A stretch of 45,430 bases of DNA, taken from contig NC_068986.1 of NCBI RefSeq assembly GCF_001194135.2, positions 93,175,669 to 93,221,098 on the forward strand. The letters run 5' to 3'. Below are positions 11,800-24,440 of the stretch, piece by piece. This DNA is from Octopus bimaculoides. Its lineage: Eukaryota. Position numbers and translations under genes: made by a program. The notes beneath the pieces were generated by a model. It saw only the letters and a program-made list of their open reading frames with translations, was not told the origin of the DNA and did no database searches. The stretch's first letter is position 1; each line of letters starts with the position of its first letter.

Positions 11800-12195
11800 G
11801 ACAGGGTTTAGCATATTGAAATGAAAAGAAAATTTTCTAAAAATGACATTGATGTCATTAGCATTGCAAGTGTTTCCTTCCTTAAATGTCCATTATGCAC
11901 AAAATTATGCATGTCTCACGCTGGTAGAAGATTGCACCAGCATGTCGATGTGGATAAGCCATACACGAACAACTGAAATTTCTTTCCAGATGACCAGTTT
12001 AAATGCAATGCCTTTTCAAAAACCTGCAAGTTATGCGAGGTACTGAAGCAGCACTTGAACATTAATAATGAACATGTTGATAGTAGAACCAATGTTGGAA
12101 TGAGACCTTGCTGCTGTGTACATGATCAGCTCTTCAAATGCCTTTCAGGGCTCAAAAGTCATTTAAGATCTCATGCTAGGAAAGAGCGATTATAG
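11800..12195 (+). pseudogene. Disrupted ORF end with three C2H2-like zinc fingers; probable RTE-type LINE ORF2 C-terminus
   Basis: One frame from 11821 to 12195 with a single TGA at 11974: CPLCTKLCMSHAGRRLHQH, CNAFSKTCKLCEVLKQHL, CCVHDQLFKCLSGLKSHLRSH, then a terminal TAG. The GL.SHLR.H ending is typical of RTE ORF2. Confidence 0.6.
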
Positions 12196-12277
12196 GCACA
12201 AGAAGAAGTCCAGTATGTCTGTGTGTGTGCAAAAATATTGCTATTCCACAGCATCATTTATATTTCATGAGATCTCT

Positions 12278-12420
<143 letters not shown>

Positions 12421-13763
12421 TACCACCTCCACCCTCTTATTGTTTTCTATCACAGGACTGTGAACATGCTGGGATACCATGCTCAAGGGCTTTTTTTTTA
12501 TACTTATTTCATTTTGGCATTTATTCCATTGAAACCTTTTGATGTCAAAAGTTATTATTTCATTTTACACCAGCTTACACAAGTAAGCATGGACACAAAC
12601 ACACACATTTTGGGTTTTCTGTACTCTGTACAGTTTCCATCTATGATTAAGTATTTAAATGCATCAAATAACATTATTTTGTTTCTAGAAATAAATCTTT
12701 CAAAAATTATATCTATTTACTTTTGAGGTGTCTTTGTATACATTTTTCATTTTTCTCTTTTTTAGTCTTTCAGTCATTGGGCTGTGGCCATGCTGGGGCA
12801 CTGTCTCGACTGGTTTAGTCGAATAAATCCACCCCAGTACTTGCATGTGTTTTAGTGCTTGTATCTAGTCTACCACTCTTTTTTTTTTCAAACAACTAAG
12901 CCATGAAGACATAAACAAACCAATACTGGTAATGGCAGACAAACATAGGCACAAAGACAAACACAGTTTGTCTTTCAGTTTCTGTTCACCAAGCCCGCAA
13001 AACTTTCATTGGCCTGAGATTATAATAGAAGACATTTTGCCCAAGGAGCTCATGTCGTTGGACTGAACCCTGAACCATGTGGTTCGAAATCAAACTTCTT
13101 ACCGTTCAGCCATGCATGCCTATATANNNNNNNNNNNNNNNNNNNNNNNNNNNNNNNNNNNNNNNNNNNNNNNNNNNNNNNNNNNNNNNNNNNNNNNNNN
13201 NNNNNNNNNNNNNNNNNNNNNNNNNNNNNNNNNNNNNNNNNNNNNNNNNNNNNNNNNNNNNNNNNNNNNNNNNNNNNNNNNNNNNNNNNNNNNNNNNNNN
13301 NNNNNNNNNNNNNNNNNNNNNNNNNNNNNNNNNNNNNNNNNNNNNNNNNNNNNNNNNNNNNNNNNNNNNNNNNNNNNNNNNNNNNNNNNNNNNNNNNNNN
13401 NNNNNNNNNNNNNNNNNNNNNNNNNNNNNNNNNNNNNNNNNNNNNNNNNNNNNNNNNNNNNNNNNNNNNNNNNNNNNNNNNNNNNNNNNNNNNNNNNNNN
13501 NNNNNNNNNNNNNNNNNNNNNNNNNNNNNNNNNNNNNNNNNNNNNNNNNNNNNNNNNNNNNNNNNNNNNNNNNNNNNNNNNNNNNNNNNNNNNNNNNNNN
13601 NNNNNNNNNNNNNNNNNNNNNNNNNNNNNNNNNNNNNNNNNNNNNNNNNNNNNNNNNNNNNNNNNNNNNNNNNNNNNNNNNNNNNNNNNNNNNNNNNNNN
13701 NNNNNNNNNNNNNNNNNNNNNNNNNNNNNNNNNNNNNNNNNNNNNNNNNNNNNNNNNNNNNNN

Positions 13764-13813
<50 letters not shown>

Positions 13814-14626
13814 CATATATATATTAAAGGCGGTGCTCCAGCATGGTTGCAGTCAAATGACTGAAACAAGTAAAGGAATAAAAGAATATATGTATTTATA
13901 TAGTCAGGAATCAGTGCTCCAGCATGGGAAACCGGATGTAAAATGATGATGAATGATAATGCATATACACACACAGACATGCTTGTTTTGATCGTTGTCA
14001 TGCTAATATTGATGGTGATGGTCTACCTGTTAGTACCTTTGGATTGCTGAAAATGGGAGAATGGACGGGGGGGGGGGTCGCACTGACTAATGGACGGAAC
14101 AAGTAAAGTGACTCACACACACATACATACTTATCTATAAGTGTGTATGTGTGTGCTTGTGTGTGTGTAATTTAGAGTGTGTATGTGTGTNNNNNNNNNN
14201 NNNNNNNNNNNNNNNNNNNNNNNNNNNNNNNNNNNNNNNNNNNNNNNGTCGCACTGACTAATGGACGGAACAAGTAAAGTGACTCACACACACATACATA
14301 CTTATCTATAAGTGTGTATGTGTGTGCTTGTGTGTGTGTAATTTAGAGTGTGTTCGTGAGACATATAGTGTAATACAACAACAGCAACAGTAGCTAGAAA
14401 ACACAATAAGTAAATTTCTTGTCACTGTTGCGATTGTCTGCTTATCTTTTTTTTTTTTGTCCTTCCTCCAGTCCTGTCGGTCTGAGTCACTGCTCAACTT
14501 CAAAAGATGCAGTCTGACATTGCTGCCAGGAGTTGCTAGAAAACACCTTGATCAAATCCTTTTGATGGTTGACCAATGAAATTTCAGAACAACACCAGAT
14601 GATAGGAAAAAGCTGGAGGAGTGAAT

Positions 14627-14667
<41 letters not shown>

Positions 14668-14737
14668 GTTGGCAGTGATGAAGTCATTTATGCTGGCAGT
14701 TCAGCTTACACTTGTGTGACTGGATCTCAGCTATGTA

Positions 14738-15070
14738 ATCACCACCACCACCACCACTACCTCTGTCATCACCCTCATCATCATAACTGCCACCACCATC
14801 ATCATCATCAACATCTTCCTCGTTACCAACACCACCACCACCACCACCACCATCATTATCATCATCATCATCATAACCATCACCACCACCATCATCATCA
14901 TCTTTATTGTAACCAGCACAACTACTCCTACCACTACCACCACCACCACCACCACCTTCATTATCATCATTTTCTTCATTACCAACACCACCACCATCAT
15001 CATTATCATCATCATAACCACCACCACCACAACCATCATCATCATCATTATCATTATCATCCTCATCAAT
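14738..15070. repeat. Long mixed (CAC)/(CAT) trinucleotide low-complexity tract
   Basis: Visible directly. Source of the poly-H and poly-M/V pseudo-ORFs. Confidence 0.9.
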
Positions 15071-15160
15071 ACTGGAAAGTAGTATTGTTATGTTTTTTTA
15101 ATCTGTTTTCTGATTATTTTTTAAAAGTATATTTCATTTAATCTTTATTTTCTTCATTGG

Positions 15161-15200
<40 letters not shown>

Positions 15201-15984
15201 GATCAATTAAACAATGCCCTGTATTATTTAATTAATTAATTAATACATACACACTCATTCCCTACTCCAGTTTTTCTTAATTGTTGTTATTGTTTCTTCT
15301 CAATCAGATCTATAATCAAACATATTCTAGGCCTAGCCATCCTGCGAATTTTTTTTTTAAATTTTACTACCAAACTTAAGATATTAAGGACAAAATTATC
15401 CAAATGTGACAGTCCCATGAAAAGGAAGAATGCTACTGTTATTTGACAAGAAGAACATCCAGTCATAAGATTCTACCTCTTACAAGTCCTCATCCAACCA
15501 ATGCCAGCATGGGAAAATGGTTGTTAAATGAGTGAATGAATGACATACGTACATTGTAGTGTTTGTACCTCTGTAAGATCCCCACCAACTGCAATGTGTA
15601 AAATGGTCTGTGTTAGGTATCCAACTGTTGCCTAAAATGGAATGTCTGAGTAAGTGGCAGTCCTCTGATATGTCTAAGAACACATTCAGTCTATTATGGT
15701 TTACTTAACCCATGCCTGCATAGAAAATAGATGTAAAATGATGATGACATTATCTGACAGGCTTCCTCACACTTTCCATCTACTCATGAAATATTGGTCA
15801 AGCCAAGGCTGTGGTTGAAGTTACTTCCTCCAAGGTGCCACACTGTGGGATTGAACCCTGAACCTTGTGGTCGCAAAGTAAAATTTTTCTGAGACATACT
15901 CACACACATGCACCATCACTACAACCACACTTCTTAAACCAGCAAATACTCAGGTATTTCTCATGAACATATACTCTCATACAC

Positions 15985-16310
15985 AAAAAGTGGCATTCCA
16001 TCAGATACGATGCCAATGGTTCCTGTCGATCTGATTAACAGAACAACCTGCTTGTGAAATTAACATGCAAGTGGCTGAGCACTCCACAGACAAGCATACC
16101 CTTAACGTAGTTCTCAGATTCAGCGTAACACAGAATGCGAGAAGGCTGGCCCTTTGAAATACAGGTACTCCTCATTTATGCCAGCTGAGTGAACTGGAGC
16201 AATATGAAATGAAATGTTTTGCTCAAGGACAGAATGTACCACCAGGAATTGAACTTATGACCTTACGCTCATGAGTTGAGTATCCTAACCACTAAGCTAC
16301 ATGCTTTCAC
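15985..16310 (-). mobile_element. SINE with family-C body but a different tRNA-like head
   Basis: The reverse complement shares 'ctacgttaagggta..gtctgtggagtgctcagccac..gttaatttcac' with 30178-30567. The head reads gtgaaagcatgtagcttagtggttagg..agttcaattcc..tccttgagcaaaaca. Confidence 0.75.
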
Positions 16311-17038
16311 TATACGCAAATATACACACTGTTACATATACACACTATCACGCTTCTTATACATACACGCACACAGCATACAAATATACATATGCATTCA
16401 CACATACGCATACATACACACATTCTTACCCCTCTTATAGATGTTGCTCTTTGTACAGGCAAATGACTTCCTTATTGTCACCTTTTCAATTGTAATTGTA
16501 CTTTGGTGTGGCAATTGTCAGAATGGTCAAGAATTACTAACTATATTCCCTTTGCTTTCCCGACCCCACTTGTTTATCGTTCAAATCAAATCTTCTCACT
16601 ACTTACCTTGGGGTCTTTTCTATGAGCTAAGTTGGAACTCTTACCTTAATAAATAGACTGAGAAGTTGTCAAGTAGACTATTATGAGATTATCCATGAAA
16701 CACTTCTCCACTACAAAAGAACTTAGTGTCCTATAACCCACACTAGAAAAAAAAATCAATATTTCTTTTTGGTGCTGTATTTTATACTCTCCCCTCTTTG
16801 GAATATTATAATGTTAGCATCCTTGACTTTTAGCAAGCAAAAGATCACGTTTCTTCTTTTTGTGCCGAAAGGTACTTGATCTTTACTCTTCAAAGCTTCT
16901 ACATCCCAAACAACCAGTCCAGATGAGGCAGGAGGCAAGTGGGCCAGTTGGTAAACACCTGCAATTTGTAGGGAGCTACTCCCCTTACTATTAAAGGCAA
17001 AAGTAGATGTCCTTTTGATAAAGGATTGTGCTTTTTTC

Positions 17039-17081
<43 letters not shown>

Positions 17082-17091
17082 NNNNNNNNNN

Positions 17092-17122
<31 letters not shown>

Positions 17123-17232
17123 ATGTATATATATATATATAAATATATGTGTATATATCTATTATCATCATCATCGTTTAACGTCCGCTTTCCATGCTAG
17201 CATGGGTTATGTGTATGTATATATATATATAA

Positions 17233-17266
<34 letters not shown>

Positions 17267-18286
17267 GTCTGTGTGTGTGTGTATATATATATATATATGT
17301 GTCTGTATATATATATATATATANNNNNNNNNNNNNNNNNNNNNNNNNNNNNNNNNNNNNNNNNNNNNNNNNNNNNNNNNNNNNNNNNNNNNNNNNNNNN
17401 NNNNNNNNNNNNNNNNNNNNNNNNNNNNNNNNNNNNNNNNNNNNNNNNNNNNNNNNNNNNNNNNNNNNNNNNNNNNNNNNNNNNNNNNNNNNNNNNNNNN
17501 NNNNNNNNNNNNNNNNNNNNNNNNNNNNNNNNNNNNNNNNNNNNNNNNNNNNNNNNNNNNNNNNNNNNNNNNNNNNNNNNNNNNNNNNNNNNNNNNNNNN
17601 NNNNNNNNNNNNNNNNNNNNNNNNNNNNNNNNNNNNNNNNNNNNNNNNNNNNNNNNNNNNNNNNNNNNNNNNNNNNNNNNNNNNNNNNNNNNNNNNNNNN
17701 NNNNNNNNNNNNNNNNNNNNNNNNNNNNNNNNNNNNNNNNNNNNNNNNNNNNNNNNNNNNNNNNNNNNNNNNNNNNNNNNNNNNNNNNNNNNNNNNNNNN
17801 NNNNNNNNNNNNNNNNNNNNNNNNNNNNNNNNNNNNNNNNNNNNNNNNNNNNNNNNNNNNNNNNNNNNNNNNNNNNNNNNNNNNNNNNNNNNNNNNNNNN
17901 NNNNNNNNNNNNNNNNNNNNNNNNNNNNNNNNNNNNNNNNNNNNNNNNNNNNNNNNNNNNNNNNNNNNNNNNNNNNNNNNNNNNNNNNNNNNNNNNNNNN
18001 NNNNNNNNNNNNNNNNNNNNNNNNNNNNNNNNNNNNNNNNNNNNNNNNNNNNNNNNNNNNNNNNNNNNNNNNNNNNNNNNNNNNNNNNNNNNNNNNNNNN
18101 NNNNNNNNNNNNNNNNNNNNNNNNNNNNNNNNNNNNNNNNNNNNNNNNNNNNNNNNNNNNNNNNNNNNNNNNNNNTATACACATATATATATATATACAC
18201 ATATATACTGTTCTAACACCATATGTGTGTGTATGTACCTGTAACTCAGCATTGATTATTAAAGTTCTTGGTGAGTAGTTTGTTAT

Positions 18287-18476
18287 GAGGCCTACATTTC
18301 ACATTTGGCCTAGGCTTTTAGCCAGTTGATAAGGGGCTACACTTCACATTTAACTAAGGCCTAGTACTAGTTTTACACAGGCCTACTTTTCACATTTACC
18401 CTGAGCCTGTTACCAGCTTTACAGAGGTCTACATTTCACATTTACCATGGACCTATTACCAGTTTTACATGAGCCT
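18287..18476. repeat. Degenerate ~45-bp minisatellite, about 4 units
   Basis: Units such as gaggcctacatttcacatttggcctaggctttagccagttgataa and gaggtctacatttcacatttaccatggacctattaccagttttaca. Confidence 0.8.
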
Positions 18477-18879
18477 GCCACTGATAACACTACTTTTCTT
18501 TCTTCCTCATCTATCATATTAATTAAATCTTTTTATGAGCTTTTCTGTTGACAAATTGCTGCCAACACTACAGACTGTCGCAAGTTAACCTTGAAAACTA
18601 GATATATGAACCATGTACAAAAGTACTCTTCAAATCTCTAGAAGAGATCATCTTGTATATTGTGTATTCTAACCCCATTTTTTTGTTGTTGTTATTGTTT
18701 AGCCCAGAGTTAATCCTAATCTCGCAAATCTCTGATCAAATTTATTCCAGTTAGGACCATCTCGTTTATTTTTTGTTTTGTGAGACAATGTGTTCCTCCT
18801 GGAACCTCAATACTTAACCTGAAGGAAATCTTCTTCTGAGGCAAAATGTTATAGTTTGAGGGAGAAATTTGAGGATTGG

Positions 18880-19390
18880 TATCCATTTAGTTAGTTTTCT
18901 CCATGCCCTGAAGCACATAGGATTGCCACATAATCTCTCCAACCAGTTCTGTTTTCCACCACTGTTCTAATCTCATTCCAGCATTTCCACCCTTCTTGTC
19001 TCCTTTCCTTGCCATTGGTCTTTTGTCTCGTGGTTTTGGGTCACCCTGCTGCTCTTTTACTCTCAGGCTGCCACTTTAGTGCCACCATAAAATTGCTTTC
19101 TCATTCCTGTCCGAGGACATATCTGAACCAGTTCCAATGTCTGCATCCTGTTTTGTCAGTGATCTTGTTGGTGCCCATCATCATTTCAATGGTGGAATTT
19201 TGGACTGTTTGCAGCCTCTTTATGTCAAGTATTCTCCTTAAGCATGTGAACTGGAAGTTGTACCTTTCCAGTTTTCACATCCATGTAGTAATACTGGTCA
19301 GAACAATGTCTTGAACAGTTTCAGCTTTGTTTTGCTGCCTATATCTTTGCCTCTCCATACCTTTAGTATCCATTGGACTGTGGAAACTTT
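18880..19390 (-). mobile_element. RTE-clade LINE 3' end relic
   Basis: Minus translation WRGKDIGSKTKLKLFKT..LLHGCENW..FQFTCLRRIL..WNWFRYVLG..LKWQPESKR..PKTT..WRDYVAILCASGHGEN* (TAA at 18891-18893), followed by a ctaa-type tail. Confidence 0.85.
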
Positions 19391-19612
19391 TAGGCTGAAA
19401 ACTTTGGTTTCATTATTCTTGCTACCAATTACAACAATGCCAGGACATTACCTTCAAGAGTTTAGTCAAAAATTGTGACCCCAGTTTTTAGTTGTAAATC
19501 TGGTACTTATTTTATCAATTTGTTTGCGTAATTTTCTTGAACTGATTTTTTTCAGTACATCAGCAGCATCACTGGATTTTACATGGCCCCCAAGCTAAAC
19601 ACATACACACAA

Positions 19613-19962
19613 GGTGCAGGTGTGGTGAGGCACTGGCATAGCTGTGTGATCAAGAAACTTGCTTTCCAACCATGTGGCCTTGAGTTCAAGCACCTTGGGC
19701 AAGGGTCCTGTGTGTGTGTGTGTGTGTTTGTATGTACTCTTGTGTCTAGATATGTGATGGTTGTAAATGAACATTAGTCATCATACAAGCGAGGTTGTTC
19801 ACTTTGAGTCTTCCATGAAAAACATGTCTTGTGACAGAGAAATATTAATTTGCCTGGAAACAAATGAGGATTGACAATGAGAAGGGCATCCAGCAAACAC
19901 ATCTTTACCTCAACAAACCCTGTCTCATCTTTGCCAGTATCGAAAAATGGATGTTAAATGGT
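19613..19962 (+). mobile_element. CORE-type SINE, family B head with family-A tail (decayed)
   Basis: tRNA-like head, ccttgggcaag CORE-like block, (TG)n, gaagggcatccag tail. Confidence 0.7.
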
Positions 19963-22496
19963 AATTGTGTGTATGTGTGCATGCATGCACACACACACAC
20001 ACACAAACACATGATGAGTTTCCATATTGTTTTTATTTACTAAATTTCACTCAAGGTGTTAATCAACTTAAAGCTATAGGAGACACATGTTCAAGGTGCA
20101 GTGCAGTGGAACTGAACCCAGAATCACATGGTTATAATGTAAACTTTCTAAACCTGCAGCTAAGCTTGCACCTATACTACTAATATGTACATTTTTATTT
20201 TTTTAATCCATAGTCAGTGATGCAACAATTGTACTTCATTCACTGGGACTTTGGATTCTGTCTGGCCATATAAACTTTTCTCTGATATGAAATTAATGAT
20301 GGAATATGGTGTATTAGAATTTGTTAAATCTTTACCAATTCAGTTATACAATAGCTGAATAATATCATACCTTGTTTACGTCTTTGATTTTGTTACAATG
20401 TTAATGTTGTTTACATCTCGACATTAACTGAAGAATAGTGGATAACAACTTTCAAAGTAGAAGTGGTAACAAGTGTATAAAAAGGACTTTGGTTTTCAGA
20501 GATGCTGTCTCTGATACGGTCTGTGTAGATTTCTGCACCATCTAAAGAACCGAATGTTTCAGACAAATACATTTTCAAAAGAAGTTATATACTTCATGCT
20601 TCTTTATAAATTTTCAACCATTTTACAGTTCTCCAAATAACAATGGAATTCCCACAAGTACCGCTTGTATGTACGTATGCAAACCTACATAACAGAAATA
20701 CAGCATATATATATGCAGATAAAGAACCCAGCTGATTTCTTTGACAATAGCACTCAGNNNNNNNNNNNNNNNNNNNNNNNNNNNNNNNNNNNNNNNNNNN
20801 NNNNNNNNNNNNNNNNNNNNNNNNNNNNNNNNNNNNNNNNNNNNNNNNNNNNNNNNNGATAATTAATAATGTGTCAATTAATAATTTAAGATTTTAACTT
20901 ATGAAATGCTGAAAGATAATATTTCAATTTTTCCATGGAAGTGATGATGATATTTCAATTTTTTTCATGCTTAATTTAAATATATGTTGTGATTGAATTA
21001 TTTGATATCACCCATCTATACCAAATTAATGGCAGGGAATTTTATCATCTTATTGGTTGCACCATGGCTCACCAAAAGTTACAAACAACAAGACACCTGA
21101 AGTAACCTAGATTTGAGCTAGGGATAATAGCACTGACTACTGCTAATCTAGATCTATCAATAATTATTCGATACAACAGTAATTATAAAAGCATATCAGA
21201 TATACACAAGTTAAAATTACCTACATCCTATTAATATAAATTTGATTTACGAAAAGTCCCTTTTAATTAATTTTGAAATTTAAAAAGTAAATTTAGAATA
21301 TAAGCACTTTTAACCAATGCGTTTTCTGGACAGCCTTACTACATGTCTTCAAGTCTGCCCATAGAGACACAGCCAAAATGACTATATTCCTGCCTCAATA
21401 AATTTAGATGCACATACCTGAAGCATATATTAATGAACTAGCCTGATTAAATAATTAACTAAAAAGAAAAGTACAGCAACTAAAAAGGAAAAGCAAAAAT
21501 AAAAGTTAAACTTACCCTAATTCAACAGCATATTACAAATAACTTTATTAAATAATTAAAGAAATATAATATATGAATGGTAATGTTGACTTCAGTTGAA
21601 TTTGAACTCAGAACGAAAAGGCAGATAAAATACCACGAAGCATGTTGCCCAGCACACTAACGTTTCTGCCAACACACCATTGTAGAATGTAAACATTCAT
21701 TTTAGAAATATATTCTTATCTTAATATTATAGCTTGGGGTATTACTTCTTACTTCCTCACTTACTGACAATAAATTTCATGATATTTCACCTCATAACTT
21801 TTTGCTACTAATTTTTGTTCAATGCAACTAATGATTTTGAATTCCCCATGCATTTTTCTATGATTTAAGTCTAAGAAAAGTATACTTTTATTTTAAAATA
21901 AAAAAATTTATGTTAATTGAAAATGAGTAGGTGCCTTACTGCCCCCCTTGAGGTCGCAGATATTTTGATGTAACTTTTTTCTACTGAACCAAATCTCAAA
22001 CTATTTATGCCAAAGTGTAGCTGAGGAAGTGTTCTCTTTAAAACTGTTAACAGTTTGCAATTTAGTTGAGAACTGAATTAGTGATAAAGCTTGGAAGCTT
22101 CTGTGATTGACGAAATGGTGGACTTAAGAATATATTTGACCACTACTGTGGCTGAATGATACATATACATACATACATACATGCATATATATATAATCAT
22201 CTTCATTTAATGACCATCTTCCATGCATGCATGGGTAGGATGGTTCGCAGAAGCTAGCCAGGTAGAAAAACTACCCCATGCTGTGACTGTTTTGGCAGAG
22301 TTTTTATGACTGGATGCCCTTCCTAACACCAACCACTCTACAGATGATGATGATATATAATATGTAAATATATTTAATATGTAAATACATGCCATGATTT
22401 ATGATATATTAACAGCGCTGCTATATATGTAATTTTCAGACCTTTTGCCAGTTCATTTATTTAACTTCCTTTCTCTCTTTCTCTTTTCCTTTCCAG

Positions 22497-22545
22497 TTTG
22501 GAGTCGGTTCGCCAGGATGCCCTGCTTTGTCTCTAGAGCAGATCT
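22497..22545 (+). other. TTBK: Likely 5'-UTR part of the first TTBK coding exon
   Basis: Strong polypyrimidine tract ending TTCCAG (AG at 22495-22496). An in-frame TAG at 22534-22536 closes the kinase frame upstream of ATG 22546. Implies further non-coding exon(s) upstream. Confidence 0.55.
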
Positions 22546-22779
22546 ATGGTCAAAAAAGAAGCTGGAGTTTGTCGTCCCGCCCCTACTGCTGTTAGCAGTG
22601 TTCGGAGACTACATCACCACAGTCACCAGCAGCAACAGCACCACCCTCACACCCCTCCGCAGCAGCCCAGCCACCACCACCACCACCACCACCATCACCA
22701 CCACCATCATCAACAGCAGCAGCAGACTCAGCAGCTCCTGCACAGATCTTCAGCTGCAGTTGCCAGTAACAGTAGCACT
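22546..22779 (+). CDS. TTBK: Putative 78-aa His/Gln-rich N-terminal extension of TTBK
   Basis: Open and in frame with MTTEDL. MVKKEAGVCR...PS-H13-Q5-TQQLL, with mixed CAC/CAT and CAG/CAA codons. Could alternatively be UTR. Confidence 0.45.
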
Positions 22780-22836
22780 ATGACTACAGAAGACCTAATC
22801 CAACCAGCTCAGGTTGTGAAAGACCGATGGAAAGTG
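22780..22836 (+). CDS. TTBK: Tau-tubulin kinase, coding exon 1 (MTTEDLIQPAQVVKDRWKV)
   Basis: Matches the Asator/TTBK N-terminus (M.SEDL.QP..VVK.RWKV). Donor GTAAGT at 22837, phase 0. Confidence 0.92.
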
Positions 22837-23067
22837 GTAAGTTCAATCACTGAGGTTCAATCACTCTTTAATCATCTCCTTCCACCCATCTTTGTTTTTT
22901 GTTTTTTTTTTCACTCATAACACCACTTCTGATATTCAATCACCAACCATTGCCTCCCTACACTCAAGATACAAAATGCCAGATCTTTCCCCTCCTATTT
23001 TTACCTCATCTTTACCTTCATTTACCACTGCCCATTACCAACTCTATCAAGTCAAAGGATGCTCCTA

Positions 23068-23340
23068 CATCATCATCATCATTGTTTAACGTCCGCTTTC
23101 CATGCTAGCATGGGTTGGATGATTTGACTGAGGACTGGTGAAACCGGATGGCAACACCAGGCTCCAATCTAATTTGGCAGAGTTTCTACAGCTGGATGCC
23201 CTTCCTAACACCAACCACTCAGAGAGTGTAGTGGGTGCTTTTACGTGTCACTCGCACGAAGGCCAGTCAGGCTGTACTGGCAACGGCCACGCTCGAAAAT
23301 GGTGTCTTTTATGTGTCACCCACACAAGAGCCTACATGTA
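23068..23340 (-). mobile_element. Family-A element
   Basis: Closely similar to 11216-11411 and 26595-26900; (CAT)n tail. Confidence 0.85.
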
Positions 23341-23602
23341 TGCTTAAAAGTAGTTCTCAAATCTCCACCAAATGAATTCCAATCTTAAGTAATCTCACTT
23401 TGAGGTAATACTTTGGTAAACTTATTAGGTTTTTTCTTGCACAGGTGGAAAACATTTAAAAATTTCAAATAGTCCAAGTTTTCTGACTTTGCTGTTCATC
23501 CTTTTGGGGTCAACAGAGTAAGTACCAGATAACACTGGGGTCAATATAATAGACTTAGCCCCACCTCTGAAATTGCTGGTCTTGTACCAAAATTTGAAAC
23601 CC

Positions 23603-23643
<41 letters not shown>

Positions 23644-23947
23644 GAGTGAGAGAGCTGTGCTTGCAATCAAAGTGACACTTGGGTAAAGTATACGAAGCCC
23701 AGTATACCCATCATGACTACCCGTCTGATAAGGGTGCACCAGGCACATGCATCACAACTATATGTGTGCGACATGGTGGTCTCATATCAAGATAAACAGT
23801 GCATGACCTCGCAGGTGGGGCCCAGTTAGAATTTTCTACAGGCTGAGTAGACTGCATGGCCATTGGTAACCCACTAGAAATGGTAACCAAATATTTATGA
23901 TATTTCATTATAAAGGATACATTGTTGATACATTTGTAGAATCACTG

Positions 23948-24440
23948 TAGGTGTTGGCATGGCCATGTGGTTAAGAAGCTTGCTGCCACACCATGTGGTT
24001 TTTGGTTCAGTCCTACTGTGTGACACTTTAGACAAATGTCTTCAACTATAGTCTCAGGCCGACCAAAGCCTTGTGAATGGATTTGGTAGGCAGAAACTGA
24101 AAGAAGCCTGTTTTTGTGTGTGTATGCACATGTGTGTGTGTATGCACATGTGTGTGTGTGTGTGTGTGTGTATTTGTATGCATCCTTGTCTATACATCGT
24201 GTGATGGTTGTAAATGAGCATCATTGTCATACAAGTGGGGTTGTTTGTTTCCAGTCTTCTGTGGAAAGCATGTATGGTCATAGGGAGATATTATCTTGAT
24301 TGGAAACAGGTGAAGGTTGGTGACAAGAAGGGCATCCAGCTGTAGAAAATCTGTTTCAACAAATTCTGTCTGACCCTTGCAAGCATAGAGAGTCAGGTGT
24401 TAACTTGATGATAACAACAATGATGATGATGATGATGATG
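23948..24440 (+). mobile_element. CORE-type SINE, family B head with family-A tail
   Basis: tRNA-like head, CORE-like block, internal (TG)n, gaagggcatccagctgtagaaa, (GAT)n tail. Confidence 0.8.

Noticed and set aside
14077-14352. Apparent ~105-bp tandem duplication
   Set aside because: The two near-identical copies lie either side of an N gap, so it is most likely redundant contig ends.
14629-15141. 170-aa poly-His ORF
   Set aside because: It starts in a (TG)n tract and is a CAC/CAT repeat open in several frames, with no link to a conserved domain, unlike 22546-22779.
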